A stretch of DNA of 62,818 nucleotides, the filler included, from Polymyxa betae A26-41 (taxonomy: Eukaryota; Protista; Endomyxa: Phytomyxea): NCBI GenBank assembly GCA_003693705.1. It is 7 parts of 7 records of this genome, joined end to end, with 100 filler letters (N's around TTAATTAATTAA, not from the genome) between each part and the next. Parts side by side here need not be neighbours in the genome. Positions count along the whole stretch, not along the records: positions 35,424 to 54,454 come from RBZT01000963.1; positions 54,555 to 62,818 come from RBZT01000270.1; 5 more parts are not named here. One strand, written 5' to 3'. The notes below the pieces were generated by a model. The model was given only the letters and a program-made list of their open reading frames with translations, did not search any database and had not been told where the DNA came from. Within the stretch, counting starts at the first letter, position 1. Every line of letters starts with the position of its first letter. Shown piece by piece: positions 49,254 to 61,269 of this stretch. The translations under genes were made by a program, and so were the position numbers.

Positions 49254-51902
49254 GAGCATCCCCACCGGTCACAGTTATAGCAAAAGGTATTTTAATAAAT
49301 TTTAACTACCCAACAGCCAGTTATTTGGACGATAGCTCGAGTTATAGCAACCAGTTTCAGCTATTTGCGTTGAAATAACTTGACCGCTATTGCATCGAAG
49401 TTAAATGGGTCGATCGCTCAGTTGGAAGCCTATTGAGGACCAGGCCTTGGCCAGAGCCGTTGCTTCTGCAAGTAATGACCCTGAAAGAGGCTGCAATATG
49501 AAAGCGGCAGAATACTGTGGGACAGTTGAGAAAAAATTTAAACTAATCATCCAAAATTGTGGTGACATCAGCGTGATCGCCATTTCACGCACCAGGTGCG
49601 CTCTCGAAAATCACTGGAGCAATGTTCAACGTGACGTTATGCGTTCTGCGGATTTTTCGAACTAGCTACTCGCACGCCACGTAGTGGAGCGACCGAAGAT
49701 GATTATATTGAGAACGCGCTGCAAGCATTTTTAACAATAGAAGAAAAGCGCTTCGAATATTTAGAAGTATGGAGGATTGTCAGGAACTTCAGCAAGTGGA
49801 AGAGTCTGTCGTTCAGTGCCAAGACTCCATCTCCGCTGGTCGGTAAACATGAAAGTAAAAAGCGCAATCTTTGTTTGGAAGAGTACGGCAACTCCATCAA
49901 ACAGATCGATAGCTCTTCCAAAACCGACAGCTCCTCGGCCAACAATTCGGCGTTTTCTTCAGGCGATGAGAACGAATCATTAGATGAGTTTAAAAAACAG
50001 CCAGATGGGCGTCCCATAGGGAACAAGGCTGCCAAAAAAGCTAAAAAGGCCTCAGCTGGGATTGAGTTAGTCGATCTCAGCAAAGAGGAACGGCGTCAAC
50101 ATTCTATTGAACAGGTATCTAAGCGGAATGCTCTTCTTGAAGAACAAAACCGTATCTTCAAAGAGCAAAATCAGATGAAGCTGTTTAATGATCCGACAGA
50201 CCCTATTGCCAGAAATGGCTCAAAACAAAACAGCTGCTGGAGATGAAGAAGATCGAAGAAGCACGAGCCTGTGGTATTGACATGGACTGTTAGGATGTCA
50301 ATAAAAACAACTGCTGTTTATTCTTTAAATAGAAGACTACCATTAGTTGACACCATTTCTGCCTTTCCTCATCCAATGATGAATACGTAAATCGCGCATT
50401 CGTCGATGATGAGTCTCCGCATCACGTGTTTCCAAAATCTTGGCAATTCTGCCATGTAAAGAATTTTCCATCCTATCCAACACAAGTTGATCCCCCATAC
50501 GCTCAGGAAATGATAACCAGTTCTGAATCGGTACCACGCTGTTTCCTATAGAAAGCCCGTCGCATGCTAGGATAGCTGTCGCGTTCATCTTCGACGATCA
50601 TGTTGTGAAGAATAATACAAGCCTTCATAATGGATGCCATTCGTTTGTGGCACCATTGACGCGCTGGGTTCTTGATGATGGCAAATCGACTTTGCAAAAC
50701 ACCAAAACCCCTTTCAACATCTTTTCGCGCTGATTCCTGCATTTCTGCGAAATGTCGTTCTGATTCTTCGATAGGACTTTGAACTGACTTTACAAATACT
50801 GCCCATTTCGGATATATACCGTCGACTAACCTGTCTAACCAATATGGGAGATCATACCGATTCCCATTAACTATATACTCTATCTGAGGCATGCTTCCGT
50901 CTATAATTGAATCCAGAAGGTTGGAACCCTGCTGCACGTTGATATCGTTTAACGATCCAGGAACCCCTAACCCAATACATTCAGATAAGCTATTAATTTT
51001 CAAAGTGCCTTTCTGTACCAAAAAAACAGTGTCAGAACCACAAATCGTAGGATACTGCAGCTTCCAGAATCACGGATGTCCCCTTATGACTATGATACTG
51101 GCCTTGCCATGCTTTAGGACAGTTTTTCCAAATCCATGCATAGCAATCCACGGATCCTATCATTCCTGGCCAGCCACGTGATTCATTGAATTCAAGTATC
51201 CTTTTCATATCGTCTGCATTGGGTGATCTTAAATATTCAGCTCCGTATAAAGCAACGACGTCATCTACGAACTGATATTAACATTTAAAAAAAGAACTTT
51301 CCGCCATCTGTAGATATTCATCAAGACCATCCGCGCATATTCCGTAGCTGAGCATTCGCATAGCAGCAGTCATCTTCTGTAAGGTCGAATGTCCAACACG
51401 GCCAGTACAATCTATTTTCCATGATTGCCAGAATTCATTATTGAACGCGATAAGATCTGTTTCAATGCGATAAAAGACTTCTCGACGCATTCGAAACGTC
51501 TGCGAAACTGTTTTGCCGTATATAAACAATTCTTTGCAAAATATTGATCGAACAGTCGGTAGGCAGAACCAACGATATCTCTTTCTAGATTGGGGCTTCT
51601 ACCAGGCCGTGACCCTCCAAATACTGTCAATTCATCGTCGTCAGACTCCGAATCCGATGATGACAGCAGGTAATCAATGTCGTCATCAAGCATGTTGTCA
51701 CGAAGCGCGATAGCCATCATATCGTCATCAGATTCTGACAAAATTGCTAATAAAAGTGCTGTTGTTATAAACCAGATTTGTTGCATGCTCAGAAGGATAG
51801 CTATAACTGCAAACCGGTAGGCAACTATTGATAACTGTGAAGTTAAGAAATGGCAGTCACAGAAAATAGCGATAGAAATTTATCTAACCGGTGGGGATGC
51901 TC
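49254..51902. mobile_element. PIF/Harbinger (Pong-like) DNA transposon, full length but degenerate
   Basis: Perfect 16-bp TIRs GAGCATCCCCACCGGT and TTA TSD. The empty site GTGCTTAAGTTG is seen in the other LTR. Convergent Myb/NAM-associated ORF (+, 49405-~50290) and DDE transposase (-, 51786-50343: LVDGIYPKW, QESARKDVERGFGVLQSRF). Confidence 0.95.
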
Positions 51903-52902
51903 TTAAGTTGTTACGCGGAGGCTGGCTCCTGCGGGTTGCGCTCCTGACATTACATCCCCTTCAGAGAGAGGTCCCGGTCGCAATGGGAATTGTTTGTGAT
52001 AAGCTTGCATTTCTAACCGTAGAGCTGGAGTAGCAGGTCGAAAAATAAGTTTTGCCGGCTCCCAGGTCCGGTCGCACTCATCGTATCCCTTCCAGTGAAT
52101 GAGATACTGCAGCTGCCGTCTGAACAAGCGAGAGTCTACGATTTTCTCCACTTCGTAAAGAGGCTGATTCTCCTCATCAATCATGAATGGTGGGGGTGTT
52201 GGTTGAAGACGGTGTGCCATGATGGTAATAAAATATGGTTGCAGTAGTGAAACAGGGAAAATAGGGTGAATACGCAAATTCTCCGGAAGTTCCAATTCGT
52301 AAGTCACAGGGTTAACTGAGCGTTTCACGATGAATGGTCCAAGTTTGCGTTCCGAAAGTTTTTTGCATGGGCGTTCTGATTTAATTCCATCACGAATCAG
52401 CCATACGCAATCGCCTGGCTCGAAAATCTGATGTGGTCGACGGTCCCTGTCTGCATATGCCTTCAAGTTGCTTATTGCACGTTGCAAATTTCTACGAAGG
52501 TACGCATGGGTATCAATTACGTTCTCAGCAAAGCTAATCGATGTCGGATTCATAGCTGATGGAATTTTTTGGAAATCGAAACGAGGGTGAAACCCATAGT
52601 TAGAAAAAACGGGCTAACGCCTGTGGATGCATGGACAGTATTATTGTACGCGAACTCTGCCATGGGCAAAAAGGAACTCCAATCCGACTGAGATGTGCTA
52701 ATAAAGCATCGTAAGTATTGCTCAAAGATCTGGTTGACGCGTTCGGTCTGGCCATCTGTTTCGGGCTGGCGAGCGGTTGAGAGGTTTCTATCCACATTTA
52801 GCTGCTCTAATAAGTGTTTCCAAAATTTGCCGATAAACTGTGGTCCTCTGTTTGAAATAATATTATCCGGTAGACCATGGAGTTTGAACACATTGCTAAA
52901 CA

Positions 52903-53439
52903 GCAGCCAATGGCTTACATAGCGAAGATGAAATCGGCCAACAAGCGGCTATCAGGTTTCTGTATAATATATCGGTGCATAGTAAAGGTCGTATGGCTGT
53001 CGCCTCAGAGTCCAATATCGTCAGTATTTTATGGTCATAAGGAGCCCGGGTCGTCAGATTCCAAGCGATCGATCTGATTGGGCTGGCCGTTAATCTCAGC
53101 ACAATCGATAAGGCTGCAGCAATCATGTGCGAGAAAGATGCTATGACAGCTCTGGTGAAGCGATCTCTGACGGCAACAGATGTACTGCTGATGAAGCTAT
53201 TGCACAATCTCTCTGTTCATCCCAATAAGGGCAAAGACCATCTGAGCCGATATCTAGCCGACTTCATCTCTTTGGCGAAGAGATCGCAACGCAACGAGTT
53301 TCTGGTTGAAACTTTGGGTATTATCGGAAACCTCGACCAAACAACAGCCTCGTTCGCCCGCATTGTGACCCATAGCGACTTCATCGATTTCCTTGTCAAG
53401 CATTTGATTCCTGGATTCACTGACGATGACGTCGTCCTG
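52903..53439 (+). pseudogene. KIFAP3: Captured fragment of kinesin-associated protein 3 (KAP3/FLA3, kinesin-2 subunit)
   Basis: One frame with a single TAA (53038): AIRFLYNISV...DLIGLAVNLS...DVLLMKLLHNLSVH...EFLVETLGIIGNL...LIPGFTDDDVVL, matching the KAP armadillo region. Confidence 0.85.
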
Positions 53440-53959
53440 ACATTACGTTTGTTGTATTTCGCGCTTCCGCAGCACTGTTGACTTGGCTCTGGAGCTCGAA
53501 GACTTGCGCTTCTAATCGTTCTATAACAGAGACGAGATCAGCAGAAAGATTGCCGATATTGCCATTAAGAGTTGAAGCAACCGAGGGCGCTTCACCATGA
53601 GCTGATACAGATTGGTCTGGAGTTTCTTCGCTTTGATGCGGAACATCAGAGACGAAGACGCCTGACTGCGAGTGATGGTCATAGAAGTTGGATTTGGCAG
53701 CTCGATTCCAGCTCGGACAAACTGTTATGAACCAGCTAATAGTAAGGGAGAAATAAAGAGAGATAAATTCGAAATCTATGAGAATAACAGAAACACAAGA
53801 ACGTAAGTAGGCGAGCAGACTGAATTTGATTCAAGAACGGCGTTGACCGAACTGAACTAACCTGAGATCGGCCGTTGCACCAGTCTGTATTATGCTATTA
53901 GTTACAGAGTGCTTAAGTTGTTACGCGGAGGCTGGCTCCTGCGGGTTACGCTCCTGACA

Positions 53960-54454
53960 TCCACGGATACCTTCCGATGGATTAATGTCACTGATCAATC
54001 ATTAGCATCGATTGACTCAGTTGTTTTATTTGTCTTGAATGTGAGACAACCTCACTACACACTACCTCCCCCAAGGCAAGTTCGACTAATTTTCATAGCT
54101 AAACCGCTTTGCGAGCCGGATTCCAAATTCGAACTTGAATTCATTTCCGCATGCTAGCCTTAGTCCCCGAAATAATCTTCTTAAGTTCAGTGGCATACTG
54201 ATGTGATTTGTTTCGAGCATGATACAACTTAACCAAAGCAGGTGTATATGCATTAATTGAGGTAGCTGGTTCCCAGGAGTCTTCAGCCTCCGAAAATCCT
54301 TTCCATTGGATTAACAGCTGGAGTTCGCCAGTCTCTTCATGCATACGCATGTCGATTACTTTGTCTATGTCAAAGGATGCATTATCAAAAGCAAACTGCG
54401 TTTTGATATCCTCGGTAACATTCAACATATTATCAGCATAGAGCTGCAGCCGAT
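53960..54454 (-). mobile_element. 3' end of another chromoviral gypsy element (chromodomain, PPT, part of the LTR)
   Basis: LLIQWKGFSEAEDSWEPA chromodomain similar to the element at 7633. PPT GGGGGAGGTAG (54062-54072). The LTR starts ~54059 and probably continues at ~48839-49061. Confidence 0.8.
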
Positions 54455-54554
54455 NNNNNNNNNNNNNNNNNNNNNNNNNNNNNNNNNNNNNNNNNNNNTT
54501 AATTAATTAANNNNNNNNNNNNNNNNNNNNNNNNNNNNNNNNNNNNNNNNNNNN
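54455..54554. other. Artificial contig linker
   Basis: N44-TTAATTAATTAA-N44. Confidence 0.99.
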
Positions 54555-54826
54555 AATCCAATCCAATCCAATCCAAGGCGATCGTGAGAGATTGTTGATG
54601 GCGAGTGTGAGCTATTTGGGATGCTGGATGTATCTTTTTTGGGTTGGGATTAGGGTCTAGGGGTTGCTGTTAGACTTTACAAACTTTGTATTACTGCATA
54701 GTTAAATAGACATTCATTGAAAAGCGTTGATAGACAGTGCTGATAGAGGTTGAAATATCTTCAACAAGCTCTCTGAATATCACTTGATATTGCAGTCATG
54801 ATTGCCGTCATTGTTAATCTCCTTCG

Positions 54827-55324
54827 ATGTCTCGTCAACCTGTTCGTGGAGCAACGTCCTGGCGAACATCGCCATCTGCTGCTGCGCCGCACCGAACCTC
54901 AGCTCATCCGAGATCTGAATCTCTATCATGGCGCTCACAATCCGGATCTGAACATGACCGGGAGATACATCCGATCAAGGCCATTCTCCAGCCTCGAGCT
55001 TCCAATACAGAGATTCGGAGCTCACCTTCATCGTTTCGAACGCCGTCGTTAGGCTTCCGCCACCCTCCTTCTACAATCCGGAATGCAACATCGTCATTTC
55101 GGCGTCCACCATCATCCTACAGGGCTCCGCCCAGAAGCTCGAACCTCAGGACTCCAGTTGTACAGAGACAATTCTGTACTCGGAGCAATCTTCAACCAGA
55201 TCGTGGTCAGACATCGCTCTGTCAGATTACACCAAGTTCTCATACAGGCCTAATCAATACCCTTCATATCCATCAGACCAACACCACTCAAGCATACAAT
55301 AGGGCATCAGACAATGCAAAGTAA
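54827..55324 (+). CDS. Ser/Arg/Pro-rich hypothetical protein (possibly multi-exon)
   Basis: Low-complexity ORF with repeated SSFRxPPS-like units and no domain recognised. Confidence 0.4.
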   Translation: MSRQPVRGATSWRTSPSAAAPHRTSAHPRSESLSWRSQSGSEHDREIHPIKAILQPRASNTEIRSSPSSFRTPSLGFRHPPSTIRNATSSFRRPPSSYRAPPRSSNLRTPVVQRQFCTRSNLQPDRGQTSLCQITPSSHTGLINTLHIHQTNTTQAYNRASDNAK

Positions 55325-56606
55325 CACTTTGCACATTTTCATAATTCATCTTTGTCTTGTAATTCAACTTTATATTTGCGTATTGTTACATTCTATCACT
55401 AAAACCAACGAATTTTACAGAGAATGTCGAAAGCGAAATGGAGCTGCATGCTGGTGTCATGATACAAATAATCCGTTTCAATTAGATCTCCATACAGACC
55501 TTGAATGGGGTATGCGTGTTGATTATCAATTTGATGAGGAACTTTGTCAGTATGATAGAACATCATCATACAGATCATCATCTTATTTAAATACTCCTAT
55601 CAATATCAATCAGATATCTACCAATGAGAATCCATCACAACAATCAGGTATTTACAGGCTTCTTCTGATCGCATTATTTTCCGTTTTCTGATATCCATCT
55701 TATTGTCCACATAGAATCTTGCATCACGACATGTCCATCTTTAAACAGACCAAAAATGTCCAAGACATCCAGTCAATACAAGATGAGAGGAGGACGTAGT
55801 TTGAGATCGTCTCGACGTAGCAGACGTCAACAGAAACGCAAATGAGATTGAATACAATCAAAGGATTTATTGGCTCAACTATTAGAAGGTCTTTTAATGT
55901 GAAATTTTTGGAAAATATCACCATTTATATCATTGATATTTTTCAATAATATTATTTTTGGCATTCTTCGTGTAAGCGATGAAGGCGTCGAGCTTCCAGT
56001 GCTTAATAACAGCATGGTGTTTGGATTATATTATTTTATTGTAATGAGATAGAATGAGAGGAATGCGAGTTCGTGAAGTTGTATGATTTCGTCTCGATTG
56101 TGGAATTACAGGTCCAACCGATCGATAAAAACGGCGAGGATTTGGATCAGAAGAAATAATGTGGAAGAAATCAGCCATCCGTTCGGATTGGATAAAGATT
56201 TTCAAGCTTGAGATGACGGTCATGAATTGATGTATTGTTCGAGTTTATCTTTATTCATTCGCCTTCCATATAGATTTGGATCGTGCTTGGGCTATGCCGT
56301 TATGGAAAGACGGTGGAGGTAAATATCCGCAGACAATATCTTGCTTTGAATTTCATGTTGAGCATCGTTTTGTGGGATTTCAATAGTGATTCTGCAGATG
56401 AATTACGAATATCACTTTGTAGATCATTTCTGTATTCATAGATCAATTTGTAGATCATTTTTCTGAAAATGGATCAATTTTAGATAACTTCTGTATTATC
56501 AGAAAAAGTTGTAGATCATCTGTTTGAAAAGTACAAGGAGTAATGGATTGAATCGGATTCGACTCGTTTGTTGGTAACAACGGGCGGTGCTGTTTCCACG
56601 GAAGTG

Positions 56607-56653
56607 AGGCGCGGCCTTGAGAGAGGCGCGGCCTTGAGTGAGGCGCGGCCTTC
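56607..56653. repeat. Three tandem copies of a 17-bp unit (GAGGCGCGGCCTTGAG)
   Basis: Directly visible, third copy partial. Confidence 0.85.
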
Positions 56654-58210
56654 TTTTGATTTGGGCACGACCTCAGTATCATTATTTTGGGGTGCCTGAG
56701 GCTGAACCAGAGCCAGCTCCAGCTCCAAGCCTGTCCAATATTCTGCTATGTATTGGCCCTCTTTTTCTGAAGAGATCCTGACTGAAAATGTTGCATCATC
56801 TAAACTTCATTATAGCGCTGAAACGTTTGGAAATGGGCCGGGTTTATGATCCAGAATCTAAGTTAGCTCGATTTGGTGAGCATTTTGTATCGCTCAGCTA
56901 TTCTCTGGGTGATTAATGTCATACAAATACAAGATTCGTTTTGAAGACTGGTCTGAAAATTGGTGATATTATCGCTTTCCTAGATTCACCATTGGTGGTA
57001 CCGATTGCATCATACAGGAACCTCATCCATTCAATCGACTTAATCACACCTGACTCAGATACCAAATAGCAGTGGGCTTCAGGAATTACAAGCGAAGGCT
57101 GAATCTTTCCCAGCCCGGAAACTGGGGTCTATTCAAAATTACGCAAAATAAAAACACCATAATGTTACAATCAGAGAACATTCTCCTGTTGGCCTCCCGG
57201 CACAGAGTGCTAACAGTGAATGAGATATCACGATTTGTGAAATGATGAATTATTCTAACGATTGGGTCCATATGTCAAGACGCTCGCTGATTGACCAGAT
57301 GGTCGTCGTCGTCTTGCCAAGTTTTGGTTCAAATCAGAGAGGTCTTGATACCAGGACCGAAAACTCTGGGCATTGATTCTGTATTTTCTGGCTGCGTTTC
57401 GAACATTGTAGGGCGTTGCAAAAGCTTGACAAACAATACTGTTCTTTTCAGCCAATGAACAGATTCGAGACAGATTCTCAACTGTGATAATGGCCAAGAA
57501 TAGATAGGGGAGAGTTACAATAGAATTCGGGAGGTCGTTCCATTTGCCGGCGGCTGGGAAGCTGATCTGTATCATCCACAGGTACGAGATGGCGGATTCA
57601 GTTCCAATTCAACAACAATTCTGGTCAATACGAAATTGATCAATTCAGCCCCGAGACCAGGCCAAGCACAACGCTCGAAACATAAAAGCTCCATTTAAAT
57701 ATCGAACAGATCGTCGATTAAAAGCGGACACAAAAGCTCTCCGTTCAAAGCGGATAAAATCCAGCCTCCCGGATTCAGTCACAGATTATGAAGAATCGGA
57801 AAGAGTCGGCGTGTCCTCCCAGCCGCCAGCGACTGGAATGACCTCCCAGTTAGAATAATCTTCCACATTTCCGTTTTCACAATCATTCAGATTTTATAAA
57901 CAAACTTTATTTATACGTTTTTGTTTATAAACCCTATACGGACCCCTACATTGGGAGGGAGATGTTCATAACTACGTAATACTGTTTCTTGTATACGGTA
58001 ACTCCGATCAATAGGTTTCTTCTAATCAATTCTAGGACTTAAAGGATTTAATTCGAAAGGTCGTGGAATCGGATGATTCCAAGACCAGTCAAGATCACGA
58101 GAACTAATCCGAAAGAACCGTCATTTCCGACGGGTCAATCTCCGAGAGACCCGCCATCAAAGTCTTCAGCCTCGTCCTGAGCCCAGACCTGATTCCGCTG
58201 CCTAATTATT

Positions 58211-59480
58211 ATGGCTCTTACATTCATCTTCGTGATACTCTTGCTGCAGCAGATCTCGGTATCAACGGCCACAGAACTGTCTGATGATCTTTCTCAGCTG
58301 GAAATCTCTCTTCGTACTCTACTCTCATATCATGTATGAGAATAGATCGTCTCTATAACAATGACTTCATATTGACGTTCTTCTTCTGTTCAGAATCTCA
58401 AACCTGTAATGGATGATCCTGAACCCAATGATCATCAATCTCTGTTATCAAAGTCCAAGCGTCCCAAACACTCTGTCACAGAAGAATTCAGTTCATCTGT
58501 GGAAAAGTTCATTGTTAGTAACATTACATCTGTGTATGATCATGACAAACTCAATATGATTCGTAGATTGCCGCCAACCATACCAAGAAATCTCTTGACG
58601 ACATTCAAACTCAGTTTGACCAAGGTAACATTACACATTTTGATCAATTCTCTCGAGCTTTCTTATAGATGTTTCATCAGCCTTTGATTACAGTCTGGGT
58701 CTATCATTAATCCCAGAGGTTCCCGTGCAGGATGTTAATCAACTTGTTGCTTTTATGAAACTAGATCGATTGCCAGATCGTAGATGTCCGGATCCTGTCC
58801 AACAAAGAATCCTTCTAATCAGATACGGACTTCAAAAGTTCTACAGTCAGAAACGTAACACTCAAGGTTTCAAAATTAAGAAAAAAGCGATTGTTCTGGG
58901 CAACTCTATCGTCAATTTGCTCGATCATCTGGTAATTTTTGAAAGTCAATCTCCGACCATGGTGCGAAATGTCATACTGGATCTACTCCAATGGGCTCTG
59001 CAACAGGGCGTAACTTTCGAGGACGTATTCAAGAATCAAGCGGTGTTAACGCGAATCCAGACTCAGGAAACATTGAAATTGGCGATTGAGGAGATCGTGT
59101 CGGCAGAGCATTACTGGCGCTGGGGTCCTGCTCTCTCAGCTACATTACGTGCTCCGTCCTCAATCCAAAAGCTTCTGGATTCATTGGATGTCTGTGATAT
59201 AGATGTTTTCTCCCGACTGATGATGGCCCTGAAAAAAACGTTTGTTGTGATCGCCGGTCATTTCAAGCTTTGGAATTGGAGGGAAGCTAAATGTCGTTTG
59301 GATATCGATTTTCTGCTTTCTATTTATGATGGAAGTGATTTGTGTCTTTTCAAGTTAGACGCGTTTTTTTTCTGTCCATTAAATGGTTTTGTGTTTCAGG
59401 TCGATCACAACGTGACTTCGCCACCATGGCGTATGAAAAATGACCACAATTACGCTCAACGCCTTCGCATCAATCAATAA
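58211..59480 (+). CDS. Secreted protein, tandem paralog A (candidate effector)
   Basis: Signal peptide MALTFIFVILLLQQISVSTA. Introns 58334-58393, 58514-58566 and 58625-58668 give a continuous frame into ORF 58725. The 3' end is uncertain. Confidence 0.8.
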
Positions 59481-60010
59481 ATCTTATTCGGTTCTTGCTT
59501 CACTGAAGCCATTATCTCGATTCTCGGACGGCTACTATTCGGAAACCAATGCAAAACGAACATCACGAATGAGAACTCTGCAGATGCGGACCGAAATGCG
59601 ATGACATTTGCCAGTTGCATTCCGAATTTTATCACTCTTCATCCAAACAAAACGTAGCGGACTATAGGTGCCGGATATTGAAAACTGAGGTAGACCGAGT
59701 AAGATGTATATCATTCCGGATTGGATTGAATTTGACTTGTTCGTTGATTTTCATGAACTTGCGGTGCTGGTTCCAAAGAAAATGGAAAGGACACATTTGG
59801 TCACATTAGGAGCTCCTACCACTATTCAGATTCGGAGCGGACATTACTACTCCCGTTTTGTATCTTAGTTAAACACGATCGGAACTCTGCCTCTGACCTA
59901 TGGACGCATCATAAATTTAGTATAGACAGCCGCCCGAGACAAAAGGGACTCGAACCCATTTACCCTACTCCACCTAATACATTCGTACTGGTTACTCAGA
60001 TATCGCTATA

Positions 60011-60040
60011 CAGTGCAGGAAGTCTTAAACCTGACAAGTT
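60011..60040 (+). mobile_element. Tc1/mariner-type terminus
   Basis: TA|CAGTGCAGGAAGTCTTAAACC, matching the terminus at 20033. Confidence 0.55.
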
Positions 60041-61269
60041 GTCTCAAAACAGTTCAAAAAAAGAGGCCGCGTCAGAGGCCGCGCCACATTTTTTGCCGGG
60101 ATCCGTCGGTGGGATCGGCACTTCTTCTCATCGTGTTCGACCTGCGCTGGTGTCAACCTCACGATCCCTTCTTGTAGACGATCAACGTCCATGGAGAGCT
60201 CTGGTTTGCAAGCAAAAAAGCCGCTACGCGGCTGGTGTAGTTGGTTCATATGACCGCAGCCACCGTGCGGTGTTGGGTTCGAATCGAGGTCAAGAATGGG
60301 TTTTTTGATCATATACATCATCCCAAAGCGGTACCAATGTGTGAAGTTATCGGGGTACGGGGTGCGACTCCCTGTATGGATTGGTCCGGTGACTACCCTA
60401 TTCACATTGTCAGGTCAATACTCACTTCTACAAGTGCTCTTAGAGCCGTTGGACAATGGCAAACCCTTCATAAAAGTTGCCTGGATTGGGGCGAAAAGCA
60501 AGCCGCGAGCAAGCTCTCTGATGGTTGAACTGCATTTCGACATGGTCAGGCGCCCCAGTGACTGAGTCCCATCAAGGTCACCGTATCCAAGAAAGGCGAA
60601 ATCTCTATGTTATGTTACTTCTAAACATATGAACTCGATAATTCCGTTGAGGGGTCGGGCCCAGCGCAAGGGTTAATGCGTCGCCTACCTCACTCATATC
60701 TACATATGGGTGTAATAAATAGAAAAATCCAATCCAATCCAATCCTTTGCAAGCAAATCGGCAGATTGGAGATAATGACACCGAATTCAGTGCTAAGGGA
60801 ACGGTTGTTTGCAAAGTCTTCCAAGCAGGGATCCCGGAATAACTAATCACTATTTTTTCTTCCAGGATAAGATAAAAGAGTAGAGTAAGTTTTCGACATT
60901 TTCCATTTTCAAAATCATTCAGATCTTATGTACAAAATATCGCTAAAGCCCATACCGGCATACCGCCATACGGACCCCTACATGGGGAAGGGGCGGTACA
61001 TAACTATGCAATACTGCATACGGTATCTCTCATCAATAGGTCTTTCTTCATCAAATCTAGAGGATCTATTTTGAAGGAGGTCGTGGAGGAGGATTTCCAA
61101 TTCCTGTCAAGACAAAAAGCGGATTCTGGGATAGATCTGAGAACTAAATCCGAAAACCCTTTCTTTCATTTTGGACGGGTTAATCTCCGTATGACCCGCC
61201 ATCTTCTCCTTGAGACCCGCATCATCATCTGTTCTGAGCCCAGACCTGATATTTTGCTGCCTAATCATT

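Larger units (their letters stand above)
49062..53959 (-). mobile_element. Non-autonomous chromoviral LTR retrotransposon carrying a host gene fragment and a nested Harbinger
   Basis: 5' LTR 53723-53959 and 3' LTR 49062-49253 + 51906-51949, with about 9 differences in ~237 nt. TSD cccac/tccac and PPT GAAGGGGA. Gag N-terminus ~53450-53682. Integrase C-terminal half, GPF and chromodomain at 51960-52903. Confidence 0.92.

Noticed and set aside
4811-53040. Several ORFs broken by single in-frame stops, suggesting stop-codon reassignment
   Set aside because: The stops are of all three types (TGA 4811 and 18236, TAA 8320 and 53038, TAG 28542) and co-occur with frameshifts, and conserved genes end normally. 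This indicates decay, not an alternative genetic code.
5732-54554. Recurrent TTAATTAATTAA within N-runs, and ORFs running through them
   Set aside because: Artificial six-frame-stop linkers between contigs. Gene neighbourhoods across them are not real.
56980-57060. GGTDCIIQEPHPF, similar to a DDE_Tnp_4 motif
   Set aside because: Isolated short match with no supporting ORF or TIRs.
60100-60745. Possible LINE 3' remnant ending in (AATCC)n, a repeat also seen at 54555
   Set aside because: No recognisable RT or endonuclease motif, so it cannot be supported without a database search.
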